DNA of 64,000 nucleotides from Callorhinchus milii (lineage: Eukaryota). The stretch is from NCBI RefSeq assembly GCF_018977255.1, contig NW_024704743.1:12402001-12466000 (forward strand). The letters are read 5' to 3'. The notes beneath the pieces were generated by a model that worked only from the letters and a program-made list of their open reading frames with translations, was not told where the DNA came from and did not search any database. The translations under genes were made by a program, and so were the position numbers. The stretch's first letter is position 1. Each line of letters opens with the position of its first letter. Below are positions 38,370 through 49,974 of this stretch, piece after piece.

Positions 38370-40626
38370 AATCCTCTGCGCCCGCCCTGGGGCTCGCATC
38401 AGGGAACACCATGTTCCTGTTGGGTTGGCTGCCCCAGCCCCAGCCTATGGGTTAATGTCGTCCACCTGACCGCTCCCTCCCGGTCCCCGCGTGCGCATTA
38501 TGGCTGCCACTCTGACCCTCACCCCCTCCCTCCCTCCCTCCTCCTCCCTCCCCCCAAACCCTCCCCCTTCTGCATCTCTCCCGCTCTGTCCTCTAACTCC
38601 GTCCCCCTCGCCTTCTATCCCCCCTTGACCCTCCCACAACCTCCCTCTGTTTCAGCCTGGGCTCACCGTGGCACTTGGCGTTGGCTGTCCAGCAGCAGCC
38701 TCACCGACTGCCCCATTCCCCACCACACTAGCCAGCCACCCCGAACACAGACCCAGGGAGCCAACCTCTCCTCCCTCATCCCTATCCCCCCACCCCTGCC
38801 TCACAACCTGGAACCCCCTCCCTCCCCACACACCCTTCTGTCAACTGCTCCCTCCACATCGGACTACAAAACGTCCACTCCCTCTGTAATAAGGCCCTGG
38901 TCATCAACGATCTCATCCTTGATGGGAGCGTTGACATCATGGCCTTAACAGAAACCTGGCTCATCCGAGGCGACACCTTCCCCCTCACGGAGGTCACACC
39001 ACCCGGCTACACCTCCCACCACATGCCTCGCCCCAACCGCCATGGCGGTGGTGTAGCCCTTATGTCAAGGACCACTTGCCCTATCCCCCTACTCCTCTGG
39101 CTCTTTCCCCTCTTTTGAGCACCTCACCCTCTCCCACCTCTCCCATCTCTCACTCAAAATCCTCCTCCTCTACTGGCCCCCTAAAACCTCTCCCACCTTC
39201 ATCTCTGACATTTCTACCCTCCTAACATCTCTCTACCTCTACTCTGATCGCCTCATCATCCTGGGTGACTTCAACCTGCACTTCACCCCCTCCTGCTCCA
39301 CCTTCTCGGACTTCTCCTCCCTCCTCTCCTCGCTCAACCTCTCCCTCCACATCAACTCCGCCACTCACGTTCACGGCCACCCACTAGATTTGGTGATCAC
39401 CTGGGGCCTCAGTGTCTCGGATGTCACCATTACTGATAAGGCCGTCTTCGATCACCACTTCATCTCCTTCACCACCTCCACCAGACCCACCATCATCTTC
39501 TACCGCCTCTGGAAGAAGTTACCCCCACAATCTCTAACCACTGCCTTGGAGTCCTCTGAACTCCTCTCCCTCTGGCCTTCATCCCTCACAGACACCTCTT
39601 CTGCTCTCACCCTCCTCCACAACACCCTCTCCTCCATACTCGACACTCTTGCCCTCATCACCTCCCATACTGTCTCTTACTCTCGCTCCTCCCCCTGGTT
39701 CACCACCCACCTCCGCTCACTGAAGAGCCAGTTGCGGGCCGCTGAACACACCTGCCTCAAATCTGGCCTAACGGCCAACCGGCAAATCTGGCTGGACCTC
39801 CTCAAAACCTACCGCTCCACTCTAGCCTCGGCCAAGTTGTTCTTCTACTCCAGGATAATCCTGGAGGCGAAGAACAACCCCAGGCTTCTGTTCTCCACCA
39901 CATCCCGACTCCTCCGTTCCCCCCCGCCACCCCGCGCAGGTCATCTCCTCCAACCTTCACTGCGAGGAGATGCTGGATTTCCTTGAATCCAAAATCAAGG
40001 GAGTCCACTCCGCGGTCACTGCCCCTTCAATTTCCACCCACCCCCCACCCCTTCCCTCCCACACTCTGACTCCTACCCATCCTCCCCTATACAACTTCGA
40101 ACCCGTTTCCCCATCCTCTGTCACCAACCTCACCCTGTCCTTGAAACTCACTACCTGCTCCCTGGACCCCATCGCCACTCCACTCCTTATCTCCCAGCTC
40201 CACCTCCTTGCCCCACTTCTCACAGACACCATTAACCTGTCCCTCTCCTCTGGCTCTGTTCCTATTCCCCTCAAAACTGCCACCATCACTCCCACACTGA
40301 AAAAACCCTCCCTTGATGCGTCGCAGCTATCAAGCTACCGGGCCATCTCCAACCTCCCCTTCCTGTCCAAGGTTCTCGAAAGAGTTGTCGCCTCCCAGCT
40401 GCGCTCTTTCCTCTCCACCCATTCACTTTTTGAACCCCTCCAGTCAGGTTTCCGTACTACCCATAACACAGAAACTGCCCTGGTCAAGGTCACTAATGAC
40501 ATCTTGACCATCTGCGACCAGGGCTCCTTCTGCCTCCTCATCCTCCTCGACCTATCGGCCGCATTCGATACGGTCGACCAGGCTATCCTCCTCCACCGCT
40601 TGTCCTCCCACCTCAATCTTCAAGGC
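38370..40626 (+). mobile_element. L2 5' half (possible 5' leader, APE, start of RT), cut by the assembly gap
   Basis: Endonuclease motifs acagaaacctgg (TETW) and ggtgacttcaac (GDFN); ORF 39970-40626 has [16 protein letters not shown]...LLDLSAAFDTVD. Confidence 0.9.
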
Positions 40627-40656
40627 NNNNNNNNNNNNNNNNNNNNNNNNNNNNNN
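40627..40656. other. Assembly gap (30 N)
   Basis: Run of N; the true size is unknown. Confidence 0.99.
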
Positions 40657-40729
40657 TGCTACAAGTTCCCAAAATAACGGGCGCATATACCAACTAGTGC
40701 ACGCTTCCGTCTTAACTCGGTCACAGCGC

Positions 40730-41950
40730 TGTGGTGTTGAGGCGCGGGGTGTGGGGGGCGGTGTGTGAGGCGCGGGGGTGCTGGTGGGGTTGGTGTGGAG
40801 GCGGGCGGGGTGCCTGTGTGGGGGTTGGTGGTGTGAGGGAGGCGCGGGGGTGCTGGGTGGGCTGTGTGAGGCGCGGGGGTGCTGGTGGGGTGTGTGTGAG
40901 GCGCGCGGGTGCTGGGTGGGGTGTGTGTGAGGCGCGGGGTGCTGGGGTGGGGGTGTGTGTGAGGCGCGGGGGTGCTGGGGTGGGGGTGTGTGTGAGGCGC
41001 GGGGGCTGGCTGGTGGGGGTGTGTGTGAGGGCGCGTGGGTGCTGGGTGGGGGTGTGTGTGAGGCGGCGGGGTGCTGGTGGGGGTGGGTGTGTGAGGCGCG
41101 GGGTGCTGGTGGGGGTGGTTGTGTGAGGCGGGCGGGTGGCTGGTGGGGTGGGGTGTGTGAGGCGGGGGGTGTGGTGGGGTGGTGTGGTGAGGGGGCGGGG
41201 GGTGTGGGGTGGGGTGTGTGAGGCGCGGGCGTGCTGGTGGGGTGTGTGTGAGGCGCGGGGGTGCTGGGGTGGGGCTGTGTGAGGCGCGGGGGTGCTGGTG
41301 GGGGTGTGTGGAGGCGGCGGGTGCTGGGTGGGGTGGTGTGAGGCGCGGGGGTGCTGGTGGGGTGTGTGAGGCGCGGGGTGCTGGGGTGGGGGTGTGGTGA
41401 GGCGCGGGGGTGCTGGTGGGGTGTGTGTGAGGCGCAGGGGTGCTGGGGTGGGGGTGTGTGTGAGGCGCGGGGGTGCTGGGGTGGGGGTGTGTGTGAGGCG
41501 CGGGGGTGCTGGTGGGGTGTGTGAGGCGCGCGCGGGTGCTGGTGGGGTGTGTGTGAGGCGCGGGGGTGCTGGTGGGGTGTGTGTGAGGCGGGTGCTGGTG
41601 GGGTGTGTGTGAGGCGCGCGGGTGCTGGTGGGGGTGGTGTGTGAGGCGCGGGGGTGCTGGTGGGGTGTGTGTGAGGCGCGGGGGTGCTGGTGGGGGTTGG
41701 TGTGTGAGGCGCGCGGGTGCTGGTGGGGTTTGGTGTGTGAGGCGCGGGGGTGCTGGTGGGGTTTGGTGTGTGAGGCGGGCGGGTGCCTGTGTGGGGGTTG
41801 GTGTGTGAGGGGAGGCGCGGGGGTGCTGGTGGGGTGTGTGTGAGGCGCGGGGGTGCTGGTGGGGTGTGTGTGAGGCGCGGGGGTGCCTGTGTGGGGGTTG
41901 GTGTGTGAGGGGAGGCGCGGGGGTGCTGGGGGGAGGGTGTAAGGTGTGTG
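40730..41950. repeat. G-rich, CpG-containing minisatellite, unit about 27-33 bp (GTGTGTGAGGCGCGGGGGTGCTGGTGGG), roughly 40 copies
   Basis: Read directly; units become more irregular towards the gap. Confidence 0.93.
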
Positions 41951-44900
41951 GGGATAATAATAATACTTGCATTTGATATAGCACTTTTCACATCTTCTTG
42001 ACGTCTCAAAGTGCTGCACAGAATATACTGTGAAGTGAATTGACTATATCTGTGGGCAAAACGTAGGGGATAAGACGTGCGGGGGGAGGGGGTAAGGCGT
42101 GCGGTGGGGGAGGCGTGTGTGGGGCGGGGAGTAAGGAAAGGGATGGTTTACTCTCCTCACAGTGGTCTGTAAGGGCCGATCTATTAGCTGGACTGCCCGC
42201 TCCCTCACTATCAGTTTGATTTCCTGCCCCCTCACTATCAGCGGCCATGCTTTCTGCCCCCCCAACCCGAGAGTCTGGGGTAACTGCAAACCAGGAATTT
42301 TAAAAATGAGAGGAAAGGAAATTCAGGAAACGAGCAGCAACTCAGTGAGAGAGCGGGGTGGTGGGGGTAAGTTAAAAATTGAGGGTTTGGGGGGTGAGGA
42401 TTGGTTCTGTCCTAATGGGTGAGTTCCCGAGAGCTTGACCCTTGCCCATGTGCCCTTTGCAGCTGCTGTTTAACCTGCTGCCTCTTTTGTCTGTTGGTTT
42501 TGGGGGATTGAGCAAGCACCAGTTCTGCAGACACACACACCAACAACAACTTGCCTGTATATAAGCTCCTTCCATGCAGGGTGTCTGACTGGTGTGGTGT
42601 GAATGATGCGGAAAGTTTCAGCCCACCACCCCAGTGTTTATACTCCACAAAAGCCCTTCTCTGTTCGCTTGTTGCTTAACTTGTTGCAGAGATTTGCATT
42701 GATACTGCTGTTTTATATAGGTTATTTTTGTGTGTGTTATTTCTTTTTGTGCCCCAATTGGATCTCCATCTCCGCCTTTCTTCGTGTTCTCCCCGACCTA
42801 TCCAGTCAGACATTGGTGGTCGTGTCTTCAGCTATTACAGCTGGAGCTCCATAACTCCCTCTCTCAATCCCTCTGCTTTGCCCCCCTCTTTGGCCGTTTT
42901 AGGATTGAACCTGAAAACCTTCTTCTTCGACCATGCCTACGGTTACCTCCTCTTTCTCACCGTCTCGAAGTCAAACTATGCCTTATTAAAAGCTCCCAAG
43001 ATGCTACCCCACGTGAAAGGTGGTGTATAATTGCAAGTCGTTGTTGTGCTCTCGGTAACCTGGTGCCAGACATGCTGGAATCTTTTTCCTTAGTCTCTGC
43101 TGCTGTGGGATGTTAATTTACACCGAGGTTTTTATTTAAGCGTATTCTGTATTACTGCATTGGCTGTTTCTGTCAGGCGGTTGGGAAAGAGGCGTCCCAG
43201 ACTAATGAGAGACGGGGAAGAGAAGGACATGGGCCCTTTTTCTTTATTGTTTCCAAATGCGTAGAAACAGGAGTAGGCCATTTAGCCCCTCGAGTCTGTT
43301 CTGCCATTCAAAAAGATCACGGCTGATTTGTACCTCGACTCCAAATACCCGCCTTATATCCCTTGATATTCTTACCTAACAAATATCTATCCAGGATCCA
43401 CAGTCTTTTAGGGAAGAGAGTTCCAGATTTTCACAACCCTTTATGTGAAAAAATGCTTCCTGATTTCACTCCTAAATGGCTCAGCTCTAATTTTAAGATG
43501 ATGCCCCCTTGTTTTGGATTCCTCACCAAAGCAAATCTCTATCTTCCCCATCAAATCCTTTTATCATTTTAAACTCTCAATCAGACCACCCCACAATCTT
43601 CTAAACTTGAGGGAATACAGGCAAGTTTATGCAGCCTGTATCCACCAGCATAGTTTCCACTGATGATGGGGGCATAGGGGATAACTGGCATCACACACAG
43701 CATGAGTCAGAAAGGCTCAGAGGATCAACTGAGATTCAGCTATTCTGACTTTCAGCCTTACGTCTGTATTCCTTTGACTTATTGTTGTACCTTTACTGAG
43801 CAGTGGAGCTTGTGAAAAAGTAGATGTTTTGGCTGGTGGAAAGGACAAAATGATTAATGCCAGGTGGATGGTTAATTGCCCAATGTGCCCACGCTGGTAT
43901 GGTCTGAGATGCCACAGAGTCATGGTGAGACTGAGTGCTGAAATGCTGTCTATTTTAGTTAGTGTATGGAATACGCTGCCGGGAGCGGTGGTTGACGCCG
44001 CATTCATATTAGCTTTCAATAGGGAACTAGATTTACCTAGTAAATAGGAACCTGGATGTTAGTTGATGAGTGGAACGTGTTCCAGATTAATAATCCCTCA
44101 AAAATAGATTGATTACTTAATCCACGACTGTTTGTGGGACATTGCTGTGTGCAATTGTCTGCCGTGTTTCGTCCACAAAATATAGTTAATTCACTTTACA
44201 ATACATTTTGTGAAGCACTACAAGTATTATTATTAAAACAGCATTGAAGAGTTTATGAAGTTAGTCTGGTGTCCTGGCCTCTATCTCCAGTCCACTTGTT
44301 GATTTATCCTGTGTCAATGAATAGCATCCATCCTAAAGTTGCCAACCACAGCCTTGAACCTGTGCCTTCTTGCCCCTGCTGTCTTGGCTCAGGTCTGAAG
44401 TAAGCCATCTGTTGAGAGATTTACATAAGTTTAACAGCACGGACACTACAGCCATTCAGCCCAACCAGTCTGTGTCAGTGTTTATACTCTGCATAAGTCT
44501 CCACTCACTCCTTACTCCCTCCTCCATCCTTCTATTCAACCTCATGTGCATATGTAGCTTCCTCTTAAACACATCTATACTATCTGCTTCAACCACAACT
44601 TTAGGCAGCAAGTTCCACATTCTCACTACCCTCTGCGTGAAGTAGTTCCTCCTAAATTCTTTTTTCGATCCCCTAGTTGCTATCTTACACTAGTGTCCCT
44701 GGGTACAAGTCAAAACAGCCTATTTACGCTTATCTTATTGAACCCTTTTATAATTTTAAACAACTCTGTTAAGTCCCCTCTTAAACGTCTCTAGTCTGAC
44801 CTATCCAGTCTTGTAAACCCACGCTGTACTCAATCCGTCGCTGCTATATATCCTTCAGGGATTTGATTGTTTGCTGTAACCTTTCTCCTTTTTCCTTCAG

Positions 44901-45010
44901 CAGTGGAAGAGTCTGACAGCGATATTTATATGAGGTTCATGAAATCCCACAAGTGCTATGACATTGTCCCCACCAGCTCCAAGCTCGTTGTATTTGACAC
45001 TTCATTGCAA
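44901..45010 (+). CDS. PRKAG2: PRKAG2 coding exon (human exon 6 equivalent), start of CBS1
   Basis: Acceptor ctttctcctttttccttcag| and donor CAA|gtaagg; 110 nt, phase 1 in and phase 0 out. Translates (x)[36 protein letters not shown], the conserved AMPK gamma sequence. Not present in the ORF track. Confidence 0.97.
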
Positions 45011-45413
45011 GTAAGGTGCTTTATGTTCTTCTCAGAACCCAAGTAACTGTGCTGCATGTGTTCAAGTACTAATGTTTGTGTGGAATTCATGTCACGTGTG
45101 TTTCTTGGTTTGAAAGCGCTGTACAGTGAGGGGCAGTTAGTAGAGTTCAGGTTTGCTGTACAAGAGTGTTAGGATGTGGGTTGTATCCATCCATCGATCC
45201 TTCTGGCTTTTTGAGGTTTAAGCAGGAGGTTTGGAAAAGTCATCAGAGGGATACTGACTTGAGGCGGCCGAGTGTTGTAGTGACCTCACTTCTTGAACCT
45301 ATCAGTGTGAAGTTGAATTCATAGGAACAGGGGTAAGCCATTCAGCCTATTAAGCCTTTTCTGCCATTCTATTAGATCATGGCTGATCTGTGCTTCAATT
45401 CCAATTACCTACA

Positions 45414-46318
45414 AACAAAACACAAAATACTACAGATGCTGGAAATCTGAAACAAAAACAGAGAGCTGGGAAAACTCAGTAGGTCAGGCAGCATCTATGA
45501 AGAAAAGAAAGTGAGTGAACGTTTCAGGTCCACGACCCTTCCATCAGAACTGGGGCATGTTGGGAGGGAGAGGTTTTTAAGGACAAGTTGAGAGGGGGAG
45601 GCAGGACAAGGAAGACAAAGAAGATAAAGGAGAGAATGTGTTAGTTGATGGGTTAAAGAGGTGATAGTGGTGTAATACAAAAGGGGGGTTGAAACAAAAC
45701 TGGGGAGAAGAGGTCTTAATGTTGCAGAACAGGCCATGAGTTTGTTTTAATTCACAGTCACAGTCTCCATCCATGGCTACTCTGTTCCAATGATCCACAG
45801 CGAAAGCTTGAGGAACAGCATCTTATCTATCGGCTACGGCCCTACAGCCCTCTGGCCTCGATATCGATTTCAGCCACTTCAGACCATAACAACTCACTTT
45901 CCCCCCCTCCCCCTCTTTCTGTTACCAGAAGTTATATTCTGTTATCATTACAATCATCACCACAGACATTGTTTGCCTCTCTCTGGTGTGTTGCTTATAC
46001 TGCACTATTAACTCCTCTTCTCCCCAGTTTTGTTTCAACCCACCCCCTTTTTCGTTTTGCAAACCCCCTTTTGTATGACACCACTGTTGCCGCTTTAACC
46101 CATCAACTAAGAAGATTATCTCATTTGCCTTCTTTTTTGTTTTCTTTGTCTTCCTTGTCCTGCCTCCCCCTCTCAACTTGTCCTTAAAAACTTCTCCCTC
46201 CCAACATGCCCCAGTTCTGACGAATGGTCATGGACTTGAAACGTTGACTCACTTTCCTATCTTCATACATGCTGCCTGACCTGCAGAGTTTTCCCAGAGT
46301 TTTCTCTCTGTTTTTTGT
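45414..46318 (+). mobile_element. Palindromic Penelope-like insertion (inverted pseudo-LTRs around the GIY-YIG C-terminus)
   Basis: Arms at about 45435-45718 and 46009-46318 are reverse complements; the spacer encodes CSNDPQRKLEEQHLIYRL. Target-site duplication TTCCAATTACC(T/C)ACA at 45399-45413 and 46319-46333. Confidence 0.85.
46213..46249 (+). ncRNA. Minimal type-I hammerhead ribozyme motif in a Penelope pseudo-LTR
   Basis: AGTT-CTGACGA-AT-GGTC-ATG-GACT-T-GAAA-CG-TT-GACT: conserved core, helix II, palindromic ACGT helix III and short helix I. Confidence 0.7.
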
Positions 46319-46544
46319 TTCCAATTACCCACATTTACTCCATATCCCTTGAAACCCCATACCTTTAAAAGGATCCGGCATCCACAGTCTTATAGGAAGA
46401 GAGTTCCAGATTTCCACTACCTTTTGCTCTAAGTTTAAGATTATGCCCCCTTGTTCTGGAGAGGAAATAGTTTCTCTGTAGCTACCCTATTGAATTCCTT
46501 TATCATTTTAAACACCTCAATCAGATCCCTCTTCAACCTTCTGA

Positions 46545-47912
46545 GGCAGCAGCATCTATGGAGAAAGGAAAGTGAGTCAACGTTTCAGGTCCACGACCAT
46601 TCGTCAGAACTGGGGCATGTTGGGAGGGCAAGGCTGTAGGGGCTAACAGAGAAGGGAGAGGCAGGACAAGGAAAACAAAGGAGAAAATGGGGTAGAGGAC
46701 AGGGGATGATGGGGTAAAGAGAGAGTTAATGATGCAAAACAAAGGGGGGGTTGCAACAAAACAGGCAGACCAGAGAGAGAAAAGGTGCCTGGGACCTAGA
46801 TGATGTGGTGATGGTCACAGAAGAGGGGGAAGGTGAGGTGTTATGGTCTGGAATTATTGAAATCTTTATTGAAGACAGGGCTGTAAATTCCCTCGCAGAT
46901 AAATGGGGTGCTGTTCCTTGAGCTTTTGCTGCGGTTTCATTGGAACAGTGAAGGAGACCGTGGATGGAGAGGTCAGAGTGCAAGTGGGGGGGAGAGTTGA
47001 AGTGGCAAGAAACCGGAAGCTCAGGGTTGTGCTTGTGACAGAACAGAGGTGTTCGGCAAACCAATCTGCGTTTGGTCTCCCCAATGTAGAGGAGACCACA
47101 TCGTGAGCAGCGAATGCAGTAAACTACATTGGTGATAGTACACGTAAATCGCTGTCTCACTTGAAAACTGTGATTGGGGCCCTGGACAGTGGTATTAGAG
47201 GAGGTGAAAGGGCAGAAATTGCATGTCCTGCGCTGGCATGGGAAGGTGCCGGGGGGGAGAGCAACTGTTGGTGGTGATGGAGGAATGAACCGGGGAATCA
47301 CGGAGGGAACGGTCTCTTCAGAATGCTGAGAGGGGAGTAGAGGGAAAGATATGTTTGGGGGTTGGATCTGGTGTGAAAGGTGGCAAGCAGGGCAGATGCG
47401 GTGGTGGTGGAGGAACTGGGAAACGGGAATGGAATCTTTACAGGAGGTGGGGTGGGAGGAGGTGTAGTCCAGGCTTGTAAAAGATAATCTATGCCTCGAG
47501 ATGGTGAAGTTGAGGAAGGGAAGACTCAGAGATGGACCCCGTGAGTGTTATGGAGGGGTGGAAGGTTGAAACGAAATTAGTGAATTTTTCCAGCTCACTG
47601 CGAGAGCAGAAGCAGCCCCAACACAGTCCGCTCCCTGCCCAATGAGAAACAGGGCAGGGAGCGGACCAGATAACGAACTTCTTTAATCCATCATCTCCTG
47701 TCCTCTACCCCATTTTTTTCTTTGTCTTCCTTGCCCTGCCTCTCCCCTCTCTCTTAGCCCTTAAAAGCCTCGTCCTTCTGACATGTCCTAGTTCTGACGA
47801 AGGGTTGTGGACCTAAATGTTGACTCACTTTCCTTTTTCTATAGATGCTGAGTGTTCCAGCAACTTCTGTTTTTGTTTTAGATTTCCAGCATCTGCAGTC
47901 TTTTGCATTTTG
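46545..47912 (-). mobile_element. Penelope-like retroelement 3' part with GIY-YIG endonuclease and an inverted pseudo-LTR
   Basis: ORF 46726-47301 reads PGTFPC..RTCNFCP...FTCTITNVVYCIRCSRCGLLYIGETKRRL; 47682-47912 is an inverted copy of the terminal repeat. Confidence 0.9.
46575..46611 (-). ncRNA. Minimal hammerhead ribozyme motif (antisense to PRKAG2)
   Basis: Reverse complement reads AGTT-CTGACGA-AT-GGTC-GTG-GACC-T-GAAA-CG-TT-GACT. Confidence 0.72.
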
Positions 47913-48364
47913 TTTATACCCCAAATAAACTTTCCTCAGCCACTTACTCCTTGGCTGTTTGTGGTACACTGCTGTGCCGAACTGGTTTCACCCACAAAAT
48001 ACAGTCAGTGCACTTTACAGTATATTCTGTGAAGCACTTTGAGATGTTTCAACGATGTGATAAGGCACTATATCAAATGCAATAATTATTGTTATTATTA
48101 GTGTATTTAAGAGAAAACTTTATACAGATGCTTGAGGGAGAAAAGAATAAAGGAGTGGTGGCACTGAGGATGGGGGAGGTGGTGGAGGCTTTTGAGGAGT
48201 AGTAAGCACCGCTGTGGATTAGTTGGGCCAAATAACCTGTGCCCATGCAATAGCAGTCTTACTATTTGAGTTGCCTGTGATGGTTGTTTTGGACGAGTTT
48301 TCTCAGAGCTCTGGGGCAAGACCCTGGGGAATGTTGGCTGGGGAATTGGATAAGGAAGCAGCAG

Positions 48365-48635
48365 CAACAACAACAAAATTACATTTATAGAGCGCCTTTC
48401 ACATCTGGAGGACGTCCCAAAGCGCTGACATTCAGGTGACGGGGCCTGAGCATTGGGGCGTTGTGGTGTAGGGGTGAGGGAAGCCAGAGAGGTGGGAGGG
48501 CGACCAAAGGCACGGCGAAGAGAAGGGTCTTAAGACCGGCCTTGAAGGAGGCAAGGGAGGAAGCGAGGTGAAGGGACCGTGGGATGGAGTTCCAGAGTGT
48601 GGGGGCAGAGAGGCTGAAAGCCCGGCCACCGATGA
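48365..48635 (-). mobile_element. L2 3' end
   Basis: GGRAFSLSAPTLWNSIP motif plus L2 tail. Confidence 0.85.
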
Positions 48636-48817
48636 TACAAGATAGCACAACAAGAAGAGCAGAGTAAACCATAAGCCATTTCTTATTCTACTCCTTTTTT
48701 ACTCCCCCCTTCAAGGAATGTAGATAAAAGAACAGGAGAAGCCCTTCCAAGCCCCCTGTTATTGGGTTTTGGCAGGCCTTTCAATTAAAGCACTTTGACA
48801 TTTGTTTTATAATAATA

Positions 48818-49974
48818 ATCAACTGAACCAGGCTGACATTTAATATAATTGATAAGAAACAAAGTAAATTGTATATAGGCAAATGCAATAGCTAATCTGC
48901 GGCGGCAACCACTCATAAAACAATCAGACAAGCAATCAGTTAATTTGAAGCACGGGTGCTAAGAGCAGGAAGTGACATCAGCGATGTTTCCCGTGCAGCG
49001 CCTGCAGGAAGTGACATCAATCAGTGATCTGCCAAACCAGGGCTCAGTCACTTCTTAAGCACTGGTTAACAAAGGTCCACAGGGCACTATGAGCAAGGTC
49101 GTGCTATACCAAGCAGTTCTACAGTGCTATTGCCATCCCAGTAGTGTCAGCTTGGCTCAGTTGGTAGAACCTCCGAGTCAGAGGGTTGTGGGTTCAACCC
49201 CGGCGGGACTTGGAACCCATATCGTTTATACGGTGTTGAGGATGTGCTGGATTATCAGAGGTGCCATCCATCCTTTAGATGAGACATTAAACCGAGGCTC
49301 CATTTGCCTGCGCAGGAATATGTTAAAGATCCCATGGCACTATTCAAAAAGTGAAGGGAGATTATCCCAACATCTTAGCCATTTCCTAAATAAAATTAGT
49401 CACTCACTCCATGGCTGTTTGCGAGATATTGCTGTACAAGCTGTAGAAGTCACACCACTTTACATTAGATCCCGTGAAGTACTTTGAGACGTCTCGACGA
49501 TGTTATTCTTAGGGCGCCTGCAAATTGGTGTTTGGCATGCAACTTCATGTGCAAGCTTTCAATGATGTGGTAGTCTTTGCAAAAATAGGCACATTTGTAC
49601 ATCTGGGTCTCAATTGTGAGCCTAGGACCCACCTGAATGGCTGCGTGCCTTAGAACACGTGGACTTGAAATGAACCATCCCCTTCCAATCTTCAGACTTT
49701 ACTGATTGATGCATGAGGCAGACAGAGGGCGAAACCTTGGGCAAGTTTCTTTACTCCACACGCCTAATAATAATCCCTCCAAATCCAAAAACAATAATAA
49801 ATTGGTCATTTTCAATCCACGACTGTTTGTGGGACATTGCTGTGCGCAATTGGCTGCCGCGTTTGCCCACAAATATACAGTCAATTCACTTTACAGTGTA
49901 TTCTGTGAAGCGCTTTGGGACGTCCTCCCGACGTGAAAAGCGCTATATCAAATGCAAGGATTATTATTATTATT
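48818..49974 (+). repeat. Inverted duplication, left (derived) arm
   Basis: Reverse complement of 57116-58266; ORFs 49089+ and 57995- are identical over most of their length. Confidence 0.95.

Larger units (their letters stand above)
45320..46542 (-). mobile_element. CR1 3' fragment split by a Penelope insertion
   Basis: ggaacaggggtaagccattcagcc...gatcatggctgatctg continues after 46319 as ccatatcccttg...gagttccagattt. Similar pieces occur at about 19700-19820 and 43260-43640. Confidence 0.7.

Noticed and set aside
40552..42019. 430-485 aa His/Pro/Thr-rich ORFs on the minus strand
   Set aside because: Open in all three frames because the minisatellite lacks stop codons; they begin in a SINE and run towards the gap.
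49089..49487. 132-aa ORF with an identical partner at 57573-57995
   Set aside because: The identity comes from the inverted duplication, and the ORF reads largely through a SINE.
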